Source: Nitrososphaerota archaeon (GTDB lineage Archaea > Thermoproteota > Nitrososphaeria_A > Caldarchaeales > Calditenuaceae). From it: DNA of 64,000 nt. A program made the position numbers and the translations under genes. The DNA lies in assembly GCA_038845265.1 (NCBI GenBank), contig JAWBQR010000003.1:64001-128000 (forward strand). Reading direction: 5' to 3'. Below are positions 1 through 10,584 of this stretch, piece after piece. Below the pieces are notes generated by a model, which saw only the letters and a list, made by a program, of their open reading frames with translations, had not been told where the DNA came from and did no database searches. Each line of letters starts with the position of its first letter. Position 1 is the first letter of the stretch.

Positions 1-477
1 CTCGCATTGGATTCCAGCCTTGAGTGAGGATAACGGCAGACAGCTTTCATCGAAGACCTTTCCACTCTCTGTTGGGATTGGATTGCCATGTGGACAAGTC
101 TTAGGATGATTTAGTGCTTCATCTAACAGCCTGGCGATCTCCTCGCTAATACTATGCTCCAGCCTACATGCAGCATTGTGAGATTTTTCCCATTCTAACT
201 TTAAGAGGTCGGTAAGTAGCCGCTCAGACAAGCGATGCTTCCTTATCACATCTATTGCAATCTTGCGTCCTTTCTCAGTGAGCCTAACACCTCTATATGG
301 GTGATGAATTATGTATCCCATCCTCCTCAATCTCCTTAACGTATTGGTTACAGTTCCCGGCGAGAGTTCTAACGACTTAACGATTTCACTAGTCCTAGCT
401 ACTTTGAACTTTTCCTCAAGCTTGTAAATACACTCTAGATATTCCTCTAAAACCTCGTCACCACTTCTCTTTTTCAT
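1..477 (-). CDS. DtxR/MntR-family metal-dependent transcriptional regulator (runs off window edge, probably into a FeoA/SH3 domain)
   Basis: Not in the ORF track; my translation gives MKKRSGDEVLEEYLECIYKL...GTVTNTLRRL...PYRGVRLTEKG...RKHRLSERLL...ACRLEH...PKTCPHGNPIP, the DtxR signature motifs. Confidence 0.92.
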   Translation of the reverse strand, partial: MKKRSGDEVLEEYLECIYKLEEKFKVARTSEIVKSLELSPGTVTNTLRRLRRMGYIIHHPYRGVRLTEKGRKIAIDVIRKHRLSERLLTDLLKLEWEKSHNAACRLEHSISEEIARLLDEALNHPKTCPHGNPIPTESGKVFDESCLPLSSLKAGIQCE

Positions 478-494
478 CGTATCCCTGAAATTAA

Positions 495-516
495 AAATTA
501 CGACTAGTCGTAATTT
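495..516. promoter_or_regulatory. Perfect 22-bp palindrome AAATTACGACTAGTCGTAATTT, candidate DtxR autoregulatory operator
   Basis: Exact inverted repeat about 18 bp upstream of the DtxR start codon; partial second copy CTAGTCGTAAATT at 526-538. Confidence 0.65.
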
Positions 517-560
517 AAGTTTTTTCTAGTCGTAAATTGACTACTGTTAAAAACGATTGT

Positions 561-1547
<987 letters not shown>

Positions 1548-3527
1548 TCATGCACCCCGGTTCATGACGACCCTCTTAGCGTCTTTTTGCAATACTTCAA
1601 TTAGTCCGTCTCTTATCTCTGTTGAAGAGAAGGGTCTTCCATTGTATTTCAGGATATAGTTTGTCGGCTTCAAACCGGTAGCCATTGTTAGAAGCTTACC
1701 TATCTGTCCACTGTAGTTCTGCTCAATGTCTATGACCTTTCTGCCGTCTTTGAGAATGTCAGATACGGGCTGGCCTGGGAACGGATGCAACATTCTAACC
1801 TGTAGAAAACCGATGGAATACTTTTCTGGAAGCATTTCAAGCGCATCGATTATTGGTCCCTTAGTTGATCCCCAGCTGATCACCCAAATATCTGACGATC
1901 TATCGCCGTAAATCGAGATCTTCTCGTCGCTCGGAACAGTCTCCTCTATGAGTCTGAGCTTGCCCATTCTCTTATTCATCATTCTTGTCCTATTGGTGGG
2001 GTCTTCGTCGATGTGGCCATACTCGTCATGCTCGTCGCCCGTGTTCCAGAAGATAGTGCCTGGGCTTCCTAGAATTGCTCTTGGCGATACACCAGTCTCC
2101 GTGAATTTGAATCTCCTGTACTTCTCTCCAGGCGCCGCCTCATATGCGAATTCACCTCTCTCAATTACTACATCGCCGATATCTGAAAGTTTTATGGTCT
2201 GTGTAGCATTGGCGATCGCCTTGTCCAATAAGTGAATAACTGGCACTTGGAACTTCTCAGCATAGTTAAATGCACGGACAGTATCGTAAAAGGCCTCCAA
2301 CATGTCTCCTGACGCAATCACGATTCTTGGAAACTCGCCGTGGCCGGCGAAGACGGAGAATAAAAGATCTCCTTGTTCATGCCTAGTTGGAAGACCTGTG
2401 CTTGGTCCTGCTCTTTGATAATGTGTCACCACTACTGGGACTTCATTCATCCCTGCCCATCCAAGTCCTTCGACCATTAAGGAGAAACCTGGCCCAGAAG
2501 TAGCCGTGGCTGATCTTACACCAGTCAATGCCGCGCCTATCGCCATGTTGATCGCCGCTATCTCGTCCTCAGTCTGCATTACAACGATGTTTCCTTTATC
2601 GATCAGCGTGTTCGTCTCAGCTATGTGGGGATATTCGAGCTCGGGTGAAGTGGCTATCCTAAACGTCATCTTGTCCTCAAGATAGACACTCTCATCTGCT
2701 GCCGGCGTTATTGGATAATATGTCTGGAACCTGCAGCCAGAGTATATCTTCGCAATACCGACTATGCTTGTTCCACTGAATAGTAATACCTCATCGCTTC
2801 TCGAGCGATTAGGCAAGCTATATGCGAAATCCTCACTGAAGTTTGTCCTGACGTAATCATATACAACCTCGCAGGCCTTAACGTTCATATCAACTACTTT
2901 CTTCTTTGCTCTAAAGGAGTATGAGAGACCCTTGTAGAGATTGCTGGGGTCAGCTCTCAATACGGCAAAAGACGCTGCAACTGCCATCGTGTTTAACATT
3001 CTTACAAGTGCGCTTAACTGTGTTTGTCCTATGAGTTCTCCGGTCTTCTTGAGTAATTCCATGTATGGTATAGGAAATAGCTTTACGTTCCTTGACTGGG
3101 CAAGAGTGAGGACGTCTTTTAAGGTGTCTCCGAGCCCATTCTTCTCAAGTTCTTCCCTAATTTCATCTGATATCCTCTGCTCTATGGATGGAATATTTTT
3201 TAGACGCTCACCCTCTAGGTCCTTGTCATAGATAATTCCTCCTCCCGGAACAACCTCAAATGCATGCCTAAAAACAGTCTCCGCGTCAAAAGAGACAAGC
3301 AGATGAACATCATCAATGATACTATTTATCGGGTTATCAGAAGCCACCACGCAGAAATAACTATGACGACCCTTTATATTGGAATAGTACTCCCTTTTAC
3401 CATAGACATAGTATCCAGCAGCCGCCGCAGCATAGGCATATACATTCGCAGATGTATCGACACCAGTGCCCTGAGCACCTCCAATCATCCAGCTAAACAA
3501 AAATTTTCTATTTCTGAATAAAGCCAT
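1548..3527 (-). CDS. 2-oxoacid:ferredoxin oxidoreductase alpha subunit (gamma-alpha fusion)
   Basis: GGAQGTG N-terminal gamma domain, YYPITPA, EDEIAA, ATSGPGFSLM, QRAGPSTGLPT; 3 bp from the beta subunit. Confidence 0.95.
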   Translation of the reverse strand: MALFRNRKFLFSWMIGGAQGTGVDTSANVYAYAAAAAGYYVYGKREYYSNIKGRHSYFCVVASDNPINSIIDDVHLLVSFDAETVFRHAFEVVPGGGIIYDKDLEGERLKNIPSIEQRISDEIREELEKNGLGDTLKDVLTLAQSRNVKLFPIPYMELLKKTGELIGQTQLSALVRMLNTMAVAASFAVLRADPSNLYKGLSYSFRAKKKVVDMNVKACEVVYDYVRTNFSEDFAYSLPNRSRSDEVLLFSGTSIVGIAKIYSGCRFQTYYPITPAADESVYLEDKMTFRIATSPELEYPHIAETNTLIDKGNIVVMQTEDEIAAINMAIGAALTGVRSATATSGPGFSLMVEGLGWAGMNEVPVVVTHYQRAGPSTGLPTRHEQGDLLFSVFAGHGEFPRIVIASGDMLEAFYDTVRAFNYAEKFQVPVIHLLDKAIANATQTIKLSDIGDVVIERGEFAYEAAPGEKYRRFKFTETGVSPRAILGSPGTIFWNTGDEHDEYGHIDEDPTNRTRMMNKRMGKLRLIEETVPSDEKISIYGDRSSDIWVISWGSTKGPIIDALEMLPEKYSIGFLQVRMLHPFPGQPVSDILKDGRKVIDIEQNYSGQIGKLLTMATGLKPTNYILKYNGRPFSSTEIRDGLIEVLQKDAKRVVMNRGA

Positions 3528-3579
3528 AACAATATAATTGCTCCAGGGCGCTATATAAATATCCTTTAACTAATCAGAA

Positions 3580-4161
3580 TCATTCGATCTTTATACTCTT
3601 TGCAGGTCTCTCGGCCTTCTTTTTCTTGAGAATTACTTCGAGGACACCATTTCTGTATGAAGCCTTTGCAGAGTCTGGGTCAACCTCCTCGGGCAGGTCT
3701 ATTTCCTTGTAGTATTTTCTCTGTTCAGTGTCCACCTTTATCCTGAGACTGTTATCGATCACTGATAGGTTTATGTCTTCCTTATTGACCCCTGGTATTT
3801 CTGCGACCACTCTTATCTGCTCTTCTTCATTTAGCACATCCACTAGTGGCTCCCTCTCCGTCCTCACCTCGAGCATTTCTCCCCGTCTGCCGGGCCTGAA
3901 ATTCCCGAACTCTCTTATGATGGGTTTTCCATCAGGACCTATAGTTATCGAGTATCCCCATACTAATGGTCCGACCTCACGCCTTACTCCGCCAGGTGTC
4001 CTGATCTCCCTGATAAGCTCCCTCGGAATATTCTTCTCAAAGAACTTCATCTCTTCATCAAACCATCTCTCCATTTCTCGAATCATGTCTTCAAAATAGT
4101 CGATGAAAAAAGGAAATCTACGCCTCCTAAACCATCTATCTATTGGATGTTCATCACCCAT
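3580..4161 (-). CDS. hsp20: Archaeal small heat shock protein Hsp20
   Basis: GPLVWGYSITIGPDGKPIIREFGN, REPLVDV, AEIPGV, ASYRNGVLEV alpha-crystallin motifs. Confidence 0.93.
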   Translation of the reverse strand: MGDEHPIDRWFRRRRFPFFIDYFEDMIREMERWFDEEMKFFEKNIPRELIREIRTPGGVRREVGPLVWGYSITIGPDGKPIIREFGNFRPGRRGEMLEVRTEREPLVDVLNEEEQIRVVAEIPGVNKEDINLSVIDNSLRIKVDTEQRKYYKEIDLPEEVDPDSAKASYRNGVLEVILKKKKAERPAKSIKIE

Positions 4162-4342
4162 AAACTACACCGACCTATAATTGTGCAATTCTCCATATAT
4201 ATCTTTTATTGATGTTATTTGCCGAGACAACCGCTCAGTAAATTCCAGTACCTCAACAAATCCATAAATAATTGATGAGCCTAGAAATAGATGGAGCCTG
4301 TAAAGCGTAGGTTGACTAAGTTAAGGGACGCATCAAGAATTG

Positions 4343-5482
4343 ATGGGAAGATTCAAAATTGAAGAGAGATATGACCTCTGGAAATTAGCGACGTTCATCC
4401 CAAACAAAAACATACCAATTCATAGATGGTTTTATTTTAAGGAAGGCTTTTCACGTGACTTAGTCGAACTATTATGCAAAGAATTCAAATTAAACAACGA
4501 CAAATTAGTGTTAGACCCTTTCGTGGGTTCTGGAACAACGACCCTTACATGCATGGAGCTTGGGATAAGATCGATAGGCGTTGATGCCTCGCCTCTAGCT
4601 GTCTTGGTCGCGAGCGCTAAGACAAGGATTTATTCAGCTAAGGAGCTAACCGATACTCTGCAGAGACTTATAAGTTCACCCATGAAGGATTTATCTGGAA
4701 TAGATAATCTATCTCCGCTTACTCGCCGTGCTTTTCCACCTGAGACCCTTAAGCTAATCATCTCAATTAGGAATTGCATAAAGTCGCTTGATAATCCTGA
4801 CCATAGACTATTCTTCACGCTGTGTTTGATGAATGCTGCAATGAATTCTTCATACATCCATAAGGACGGCTCAGTCGTCAGGATAGTTAAGAGACCTAGG
4901 CCGAGCCTATTGAAGACCTTCAAGAAAACCGCGAATGAGATGATTAATGATGTCGTTAAGGCAAGATTGAAGACAGGGCCGGCCGAGATTTATCTCGGAG
5001 ATGCCCGTCGACTCAGCCAGATACCAGAAGAGTCTATCGACGCGATAATCACTTCTCCACCCTATCTCAACAAGATTGAATACACGAAGGTATACGCTGT
5101 CGAGTTTGACCTGTTCATCTCTGGACATACATCCAGCTTAGTTAGGTCTTACATAGGCATGACCCCGCGGGACAGGTCTGACATAATTATTGACGCGGGT
5201 GATCTGCCCGACTCAGCTATTGCCTACCTTAGAGATATCGAGGATTCATTAATCGAGATGTATAGAGTCCTTAAGAAAGGCGGTAGAGCGGCAATAGTTG
5301 TTGCCGGCGGAGTATATCCAGACAGGATAGTAGAAACTGACATACTGATCTCAGAGATTGCTGAAAAAATAGGGTTTAAGGTCGATAAGATACGCTTCAT
5401 AAACAAGAGAGTAGCAACCACTGGGCGAATAAGGAGAATAGGAGAATCGAGAGAAAGCATACTCTATTTCACCAAGGAATAA
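4343..5482 (+). CDS. Amino (N4-C/N6-A) DNA methyltransferase, orphan
   Basis: PIHRWFYFKEGFS, motif I VLDPFVGSGTT, motif IV IITSPPY. Confidence 0.85.
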   Translation: MGRFKIEERYDLWKLATFIPNKNIPIHRWFYFKEGFSRDLVELLCKEFKLNNDKLVLDPFVGSGTTTLTCMELGIRSIGVDASPLAVLVASAKTRIYSAKELTDTLQRLISSPMKDLSGIDNLSPLTRRAFPPETLKLIISIRNCIKSLDNPDHRLFFTLCLMNAAMNSSYIHKDGSVVRIVKRPRPSLLKTFKKTANEMINDVVKARLKTGPAEIYLGDARRLSQIPEESIDAIITSPPYLNKIEYTKVYAVEFDLFISGHTSSLVRSYIGMTPRDRSDIIIDAGDLPDSAIAYLRDIEDSLIEMYRVLKKGGRAAIVVAGGVYPDRIVETDILISEIAEKIGFKVDKIRFINKRVATTGRIRRIGESRESILYFTKE

Positions 5483-5520
5483 AGCTAATAGTAAGTTACA
5501 TTCTTTCAAAATTTTATCAA

Positions 5521-5646
5521 TGGTCCCGGCGGCAGGATTTGAACCTGCGGCCCTCCGGTTTCTGTACGCCCGGTAGGCTGAAATAGGCCACAGCCTCTTG
5601 GCTGGCCTCTACAGCCGGACGCTCTACCAGGCTGAGCTACGCCGGG
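5521..5646 (-). tRNA. tRNA-Tyr(GTA) with 49-nt intron at 37/38 (intron 5560-5608), CCA encoded
   Basis: Acceptor CCCGGCG/CGCCGGG-A-CCA, anticodon stem TCCGG/CCGGA with CT-GTA-G loop, T arm GGTTCAAATCC, CTGT/ACAG central helix of a BHB motif. Confidence 0.93.
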
Positions 5647-5712
5647 ACTCCGAATGATGAAAATATTGACGAATATTTAAAATCTATTTCGTATAAGCAT
5701 ATAGGGAAAACG

Positions 5713-6012
5713 CTATGCGCCATTTCTCCTGGCTTCCTTTTTAATAATTCCTGAGAATAAAGCATAGGTAATAACTGCAGCCACCACTATTACTAAAATT
5801 GTCACTGAAAGTCCTATGGGGTCTGTTAATCTTGTAAGGACGCCGGTATATAGATATCTCGGCGAATTATTACTACCCAACAATAACGTCATGATTAGTG
5901 AGATAAGAGTTATGGCGAAGTAGTCAAGCGCTGCCAAAATTATGAAGAATGTAACTACGATCAATATTAACGTGAGTGGATTAGCATTAATTATGTGGAT
6001 TCTATGATTCAT
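5713..6012 (-). CDS. Small hypothetical membrane protein
   Basis: 99-aa ORF with 2-3 hydrophobic helices, same strand as MarC. Confidence 0.6.
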   Translation of the reverse strand: MNHRIHIINANPLTLILIVVTFFIILAALDYFAITLISLIMTLLLGSNNSPRYLYTGVLTRLTDPIGLSVTILVIVVAAVITYALFSGIIKKEARRNGA

Positions 6013-6060
6013 CCTTTTTCCCAGTAATTCAGCATTTAGGCTACTACTTAATTCTTCGGT

Positions 6061-6654
6061 TCAGAGAATTCCTGACTGTAATCCTTTGATGATATATTCT
6101 ACTGCGATGGCGGCTAAAAATACCGCCATGACTTTCGCGACAACATCAAGTCCAGTCTTCCCCATAAATTTGTAAATAATGCTGGTTGACGTGACAATTA
6201 TCCAAGTTATAATCATTACCAGAATAATCGATATGACCGCTATTATTGGTCCGTAAGCATTTATCGCGATCATCGTCGTGGTTATCGCTCCGGGACCCGC
6301 TAGGAGTGGAAAACCAATTGGAAAAACGCCCACATCCCTCTTAGCACCGTAAAGCCACCTCTCACCTCCCTGGATCAGTATCTGAAGGGATATCAAGAGG
6401 AGGAGAATGCCACCAGCTATCATGAAACTATGAAGTGAAATTCCAAAAAGCAGGAGCAGTTGATGTCCAGCGAATGCAAATACCAGTAAGAGGATGGTCC
6501 CACTCATGACGCCGGTATTGAAGACTCTTTTACGCTGTTCAGAGTCAAGAGAATTGGTGAGCTCTACAAAGATGGGAATGTTTCCAAATGGGTCTACAAC
6601 GACGAAGAGCGCAACAGTTGCTCTGAGCAACCCATCAATGAATACGTCCATCAA
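6061..6654 (-). CDS. MarC family membrane protein
   Basis: LFVVVDPFGNIPIF, FGISLHSFMIAGGILL, PIGFPLLAGPGAITT. Confidence 0.93.
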   Translation of the reverse strand: MMDVFIDGLLRATVALFVVVDPFGNIPIFVELTNSLDSEQRKRVFNTGVMSGTILLLVFAFAGHQLLLLFGISLHSFMIAGGILLLLISLQILIQGGERWLYGAKRDVGVFPIGFPLLAGPGAITTTMIAINAYGPIIAVISIILVMIITWIIVTSTSIIYKFMGKTGLDVVAKVMAVFLAAIAVEYIIKGLQSGIL

Positions 6655-6742
6655 GCTATAAAAGTCTCAACACATCATTAATATGTACTCTCCTTGATAG
6701 TAGTAGAGCCTAAAATATTCCCTCTTCATAGTGCTGACCGAG

Positions 6743-6814
6743 GCCCCGGTAGCTCAGTGGTAGAGCGGCCGCCTCGTAAGCGGCAGGTCGCGGGTTCGAC
6801 CCCCGCCCGGGGCT
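6743..6814 (+). tRNA. tRNA-Thr(CGT)
   Basis: GCCCCGG/CCGGGGC acceptor, GCCGC-CT-CGT-AA-GCGGC anticodon arm, GGTTCGA T loop. Confidence 0.95.
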
Positions 6815-6844
6815 CCTCATTATTCTACATCTTTATCTCTTGGC

Positions 6845-8110
6845 TTGCAATGTTTTTGTAAAGGTGATTTGTCCACGCTCGGAATTAGGGGAAGCTATGG
6901 ACATGAGCTTAAAGGTAAGAAGATTGCTCTCTGCATCACTTCTAGCGTCTCTTGCTACAGAGCTCCAGATATTGCTAGATTATTGATTAGACATGGGGCC
7001 GAAGTGATTCCAGTAATGACAAGAGATGCGGCGAGACTTATCAGTCCAGAGATACTTAAGTGGGCAACTGGGAACGAGCCAATAGTCGAGATAACCGGAA
7101 AGACGGAACACGTCATGCTAACCGAGACAGAAAGTAGAGTAGACCTCGTACTGATAGCTCCCGCCACAGCAAACACGATAGGAAAAATTGCTAGTGGAAT
7201 CTCTGACAACTCAGTAACGCTACTCGCGTCATGCGCATTAGGTGCAGGAATACCAATAATCATTGTGCCAGCGGCTCACGAAACTATGATTTTTAATCCA
7301 CTACTAACTCGAGCTATCAGGATACTGAGGGACGCAGGGATAAAGATTATTGAGCCAGCCATGGAGGAGGGAAAAGCAAAGCTCCGATCTCCTGAAGATA
7401 TAGTTGAGACAGTTATGGAAACACTAATGCCTAAGCCACTAATTGGTAGAAGATTCATCGTGACAGCAGGCCCTACGAGGGAAAAAATTGATGACGTCAG
7501 ATTCATAACTAACGCGAGTTCAGGCAAGATGGGGATCGAGATTGCCAGACAGTTAAAATACCTAGGAGCAGAGGTAACGCTAATCCATGGACCAATCACT
7601 GAGAAGGTACCGCCTGGAATAAACACTATAAAGATTACTTCGGCGGAGGAACTCACATCCAGATTAGTAGAGGAGACTATGCGAGTGAGGGCGGACGCTG
7701 TATTCGCCGTGGCAGCAGTCACTGATTTTAAGCCTATAGAGTCAATGCGGGGAAAACTTGATAGTAGAACCTCAGAGATAATTAATCTCCAGCTAGTCAG
7801 GAATAGGAAGGCGATTCAAGAGCTAAGAAAAGCAAGTCCCACCGTAGATATCATTGCCTTCAGAGCAGTTTATGGCGATGTAGAGGACCCGGTGGCGGAG
7901 CTAAAGAAACTACAATCAGAGGCAGGCGTCATGATGGTTGTCATAAATGACATTTCGAGAAAAGAAGTCGGCTTCGGCTCAGATCTCAACGAAGTCACAA
8001 TAGTTACTTCTTCACAAAAGATAATCAAGACAGGTCTCAGGCCTAAGAGAGATATAGCTAAGGTTATTGTTGAGACATATATCGAAGAGAAGGCAAAAAC
8101 CCCAGCCTAG
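6845..8110 (+). CDS. coaBC: Phosphopantothenoylcysteine decarboxylase/ligase CoaBC (likely start TTG 6869 after AGGTGA)
   Basis: LIAPATANTIGKIASGISDN, VTAGPTREKIDDVRFITNASSGKMG, AAVTDF. Confidence 0.93.
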   Translation: MQCFCKGDLSTLGIRGSYGHELKGKKIALCITSSVSCYRAPDIARLLIRHGAEVIPVMTRDAARLISPEILKWATGNEPIVEITGKTEHVMLTETESRVDLVLIAPATANTIGKIASGISDNSVTLLASCALGAGIPIIIVPAAHETMIFNPLLTRAIRILRDAGIKIIEPAMEEGKAKLRSPEDIVETVMETLMPKPLIGRRFIVTAGPTREKIDDVRFITNASSGKMGIEIARQLKYLGAEVTLIHGPITEKVPPGINTIKITSAEELTSRLVEETMRVRADAVFAVAAVTDFKPIESMRGKLDSRTSEIINLQLVRNRKAIQELRKASPTVDIIAFRAVYGDVEDPVAELKKLQSEAGVMMVVINDISRKEVGFGSDLNEVTIVTSSQKIIKTGLRPKRDIAKVIVETYIEEKAKTPA

Positions 8111-8113
8111 AAA

Positions 8114-9520
8114 TTAAGCAGAATCTCCTTTATCGGCCTCTATTATCTTTTCAGGATCATCTCTTACAGGCAGATATATCTTCTCAAAGAAATCCTTCTG
8201 ACTCTCAATCATCGATCTGGGAAAACTCTGTAAATATTTAATCGCTTTTTCCCAGTATTTCTCGAATGCTTTTTCGCTTCCAAACCTGCTGGCTATCTGT
8301 CTGTCAAAATCCTCTGGACGCTGTTCTTCGCCCCCAATAGTGTACCAACCACCAATTCTTCTATAGACTGTCTCATCTCCGACTACTTCCTCGACCTCGT
8401 TTTTCTCAACAGCTTCGGTCTTGACTATCGGCCTAGTTGTTCGCATCCTATGAGTAGGTCTAACTCCTCTCTTCTTTGCCCATGCATAGAAAATAGCCCT
8501 GTTCAGCCCAAACGATTTCGCCGACTCAAGATCGCCCTTAATCAAGTAGTATCTAGCGGCCTGTAAAAGCGCCATAACTTGAAATCTCCCTATCTTTGGC
8601 CTCGAGAAAGAATCATTTTCCGAGCGCGGCCTAGCCATCAATGGCTCCTCGCGACTTATTTCTGTTCTTTCCAGCTCGTATATATTAATTGAGCCGAGCG
8701 CCTCGCTAACTAATTTGTCAGCCTCTCCCTGAATGTATCTGTCCCAGTTCTTCCAGTATCTGTAATTTTCGATTCTCGCCCAATCGATGCTGAATGACTC
8801 TAGGTCCTCTGGACTAATGGTGACTGCGACTATGTCTAGTTCTCGATGGATGCTCAGGGGAGCAGTAAATACTCTCTGCACATCCATTAAGTTCTCAATC
8901 TTCAGCCTCCTATCCATTGCCTTTGACCTATTACATATCTCGCTCAACCTCTCTCTACATCTTCTCAACACGTACTCGACGACTACGTGTCCCACTCTAA
9001 CTGGGTCCTTCGTCCAGTAGGCCTCGCTGACCGCCTTCTCATTAATATGTAAATGTATTCCCCTCCCAGACCATACAAGATAGACCGATTCTGATAATCC
9101 ATTACTGCTCATCTCCTCAATGATCGTCCTTGCCGCTTCTATCGCCAACTCCACTTCTCCTAATGAGCAGTCAATATCTATGCTCGGAGTAACCATCGAA
9201 ATATTCTCCAGCCTGGCTACGTCATCCTTATCCTTAAGTTCTCTATACAGATTAGCAGAAGCATAAATCGTCCTTAGAACCCTCCGGCCAAGCCTCATAA
9301 CTATCTTTTTAATATCTCCCGGCTCCCTAATCGTGATTGGCTTCTCATCAAAATACCTATAGAACGTCCTCCTGCCGCCTCTCGACGTGCCCTCCACAGC
9401 AACCCATCTATCCCTACAAAACCTAGAAATCTCATCCTGAACATCCTCCCGGAGATAATGCCTCAAAACACGATCATCAAGACTCAAAACCTGCTCCAAA
9501 AAAACCCACACAAAAACCAT
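8114..9520 (-). CDS. Archaeo-eukaryotic primase (AEP)-like domain fused to an uncharacterised C-terminal domain
   Basis: AEP motifs: SIDID (I), VYLVWSGRGIHLH (II), MDVQRVFTAPLSIH (III); C-terminal GRFQVMALLQAARYY...SFGLNRAIFYAWAK domain. Confidence 0.7.
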   Translation of the reverse strand: MVFVWVFLEQVLSLDDRVLRHYLREDVQDEISRFCRDRWVAVEGTSRGGRRTFYRYFDEKPITIREPGDIKKIVMRLGRRVLRTIYASANLYRELKDKDDVARLENISMVTPSIDIDCSLGEVELAIEAARTIIEEMSSNGLSESVYLVWSGRGIHLHINEKAVSEAYWTKDPVRVGHVVVEYVLRRCRERLSEICNRSKAMDRRLKIENLMDVQRVFTAPLSIHRELDIVAVTISPEDLESFSIDWARIENYRYWKNWDRYIQGEADKLVSEALGSINIYELERTEISREEPLMARPRSENDSFSRPKIGRFQVMALLQAARYYLIKGDLESAKSFGLNRAIFYAWAKKRGVRPTHRMRTTRPIVKTEAVEKNEVEEVVGDETVYRRIGGWYTIGGEEQRPEDFDRQIASRFGSEKAFEKYWEKAIKYLQSFPRSMIESQKDFFEKIYLPVRDDPEKIIEADKGDSA

Positions 9521-9570
9521 ATTTATTCATTTAAAGAATCTAAGCGATGAACAATTTCTAAGAGCTATCA

Positions 9571-10401
9571 TTATGCTTGTCTGCTTATTTGGCGGGTTAG
9601 TGTTTTGTATCCCCATGTGACGAGTATGGTTATTGCGGTGGCGGCGTTGAGGATTAGTAGGTATAGTCCGCCCAGAGTGGTCTCGAGTGTCGGGATTATT
9701 AGGAATGATAGGTTGTTCATTGCGTGGAGTATCATGACTGCGAGTATACTGCGTCCCGTGTTGTTGTATATCCATGTGAATAGAATTGTTCCGCAGATTA
9801 TTAGTGTCATGAAGCCCCATAGAGGGGTTTGGGACTGGATTGTTCCGGAGATGTAGAAGAGTGGTAGGTGCCAGGCTCCCCATATGACTCCGAGAATCAG
9901 GCTTGAGACGAGTGCGTTCCATCTTGACTGTAGTCTATCGAGTGCATAGCCTCTCCAGCCCCACTCCTCCTGAAACGGTCCGCCAAGAAAAAATATGTAG
10001 AGAAAGGCAATCAATATAAATAATGGATTCGACAGCATAGACAACTCTGGCATAGATTCGCCGCTGATCGCTGCCAATATTAGGGCACCCCCATTCATGG
10101 CTGGGAATAGAAGGAAGATGGGGACAAGCCATATTTTCCCGAACCTGTAGTTTATCCCTCTTCTAAGCAGGTCCTTCACACCGTCGCTTCCTTCATATAA
10201 ATAAGTCAAGGAGAAGGCTGATACAAGTGGGCCAAAAGCAGCCGGATTGAAGGGGCTGAATAGGAAATCGACGAGTGTTACGGGAGCAGATAGTAGTCCC
10301 GCTGAAATTAAGGCCTGAGGAACCCAAAAAATCCAAGAAAATGCAAAGGCGACCGAGAAGTATAGCCATAAATTACCTCTACGAGAATCAAGATGTGTCA
10401 C
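9571..10401 (-). CDS. CPBP (CAAX/Abi-type) intramembrane metalloprotease
   Basis: EEWGWRG, WGAWHLP, ILHAMNN motifs; multiple TM helices. Confidence 0.92.
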   Translation of the reverse strand: MTHLDSRRGNLWLYFSVAFAFSWIFWVPQALISAGLLSAPVTLVDFLFSPFNPAAFGPLVSAFSLTYLYEGSDGVKDLLRRGINYRFGKIWLVPIFLLFPAMNGGALILAAISGESMPELSMLSNPLFILIAFLYIFFLGGPFQEEWGWRGYALDRLQSRWNALVSSLILGVIWGAWHLPLFYISGTIQSQTPLWGFMTLIICGTILFTWIYNNTGRSILAVMILHAMNNLSFLIIPTLETTLGGLYLLILNAATAITILVTWGYKTLTRQISRQA

Positions 10402-10584
10402 TCTTAGGCACTCCTGCTTGATTCATACTTCTTTTGGCTATAAATGTTTTGCATATCTAAAAGAGATTAAGCGAGACCGTGGCGTATGCATTAATTAATC
10501 CTATTTAAGCTGGGCTGCTATCATTTTCCAAATTCTCTGCATTTCTGGAGTTCTCTCTGCGATAACCCCTTTCGTAGAATTTAG

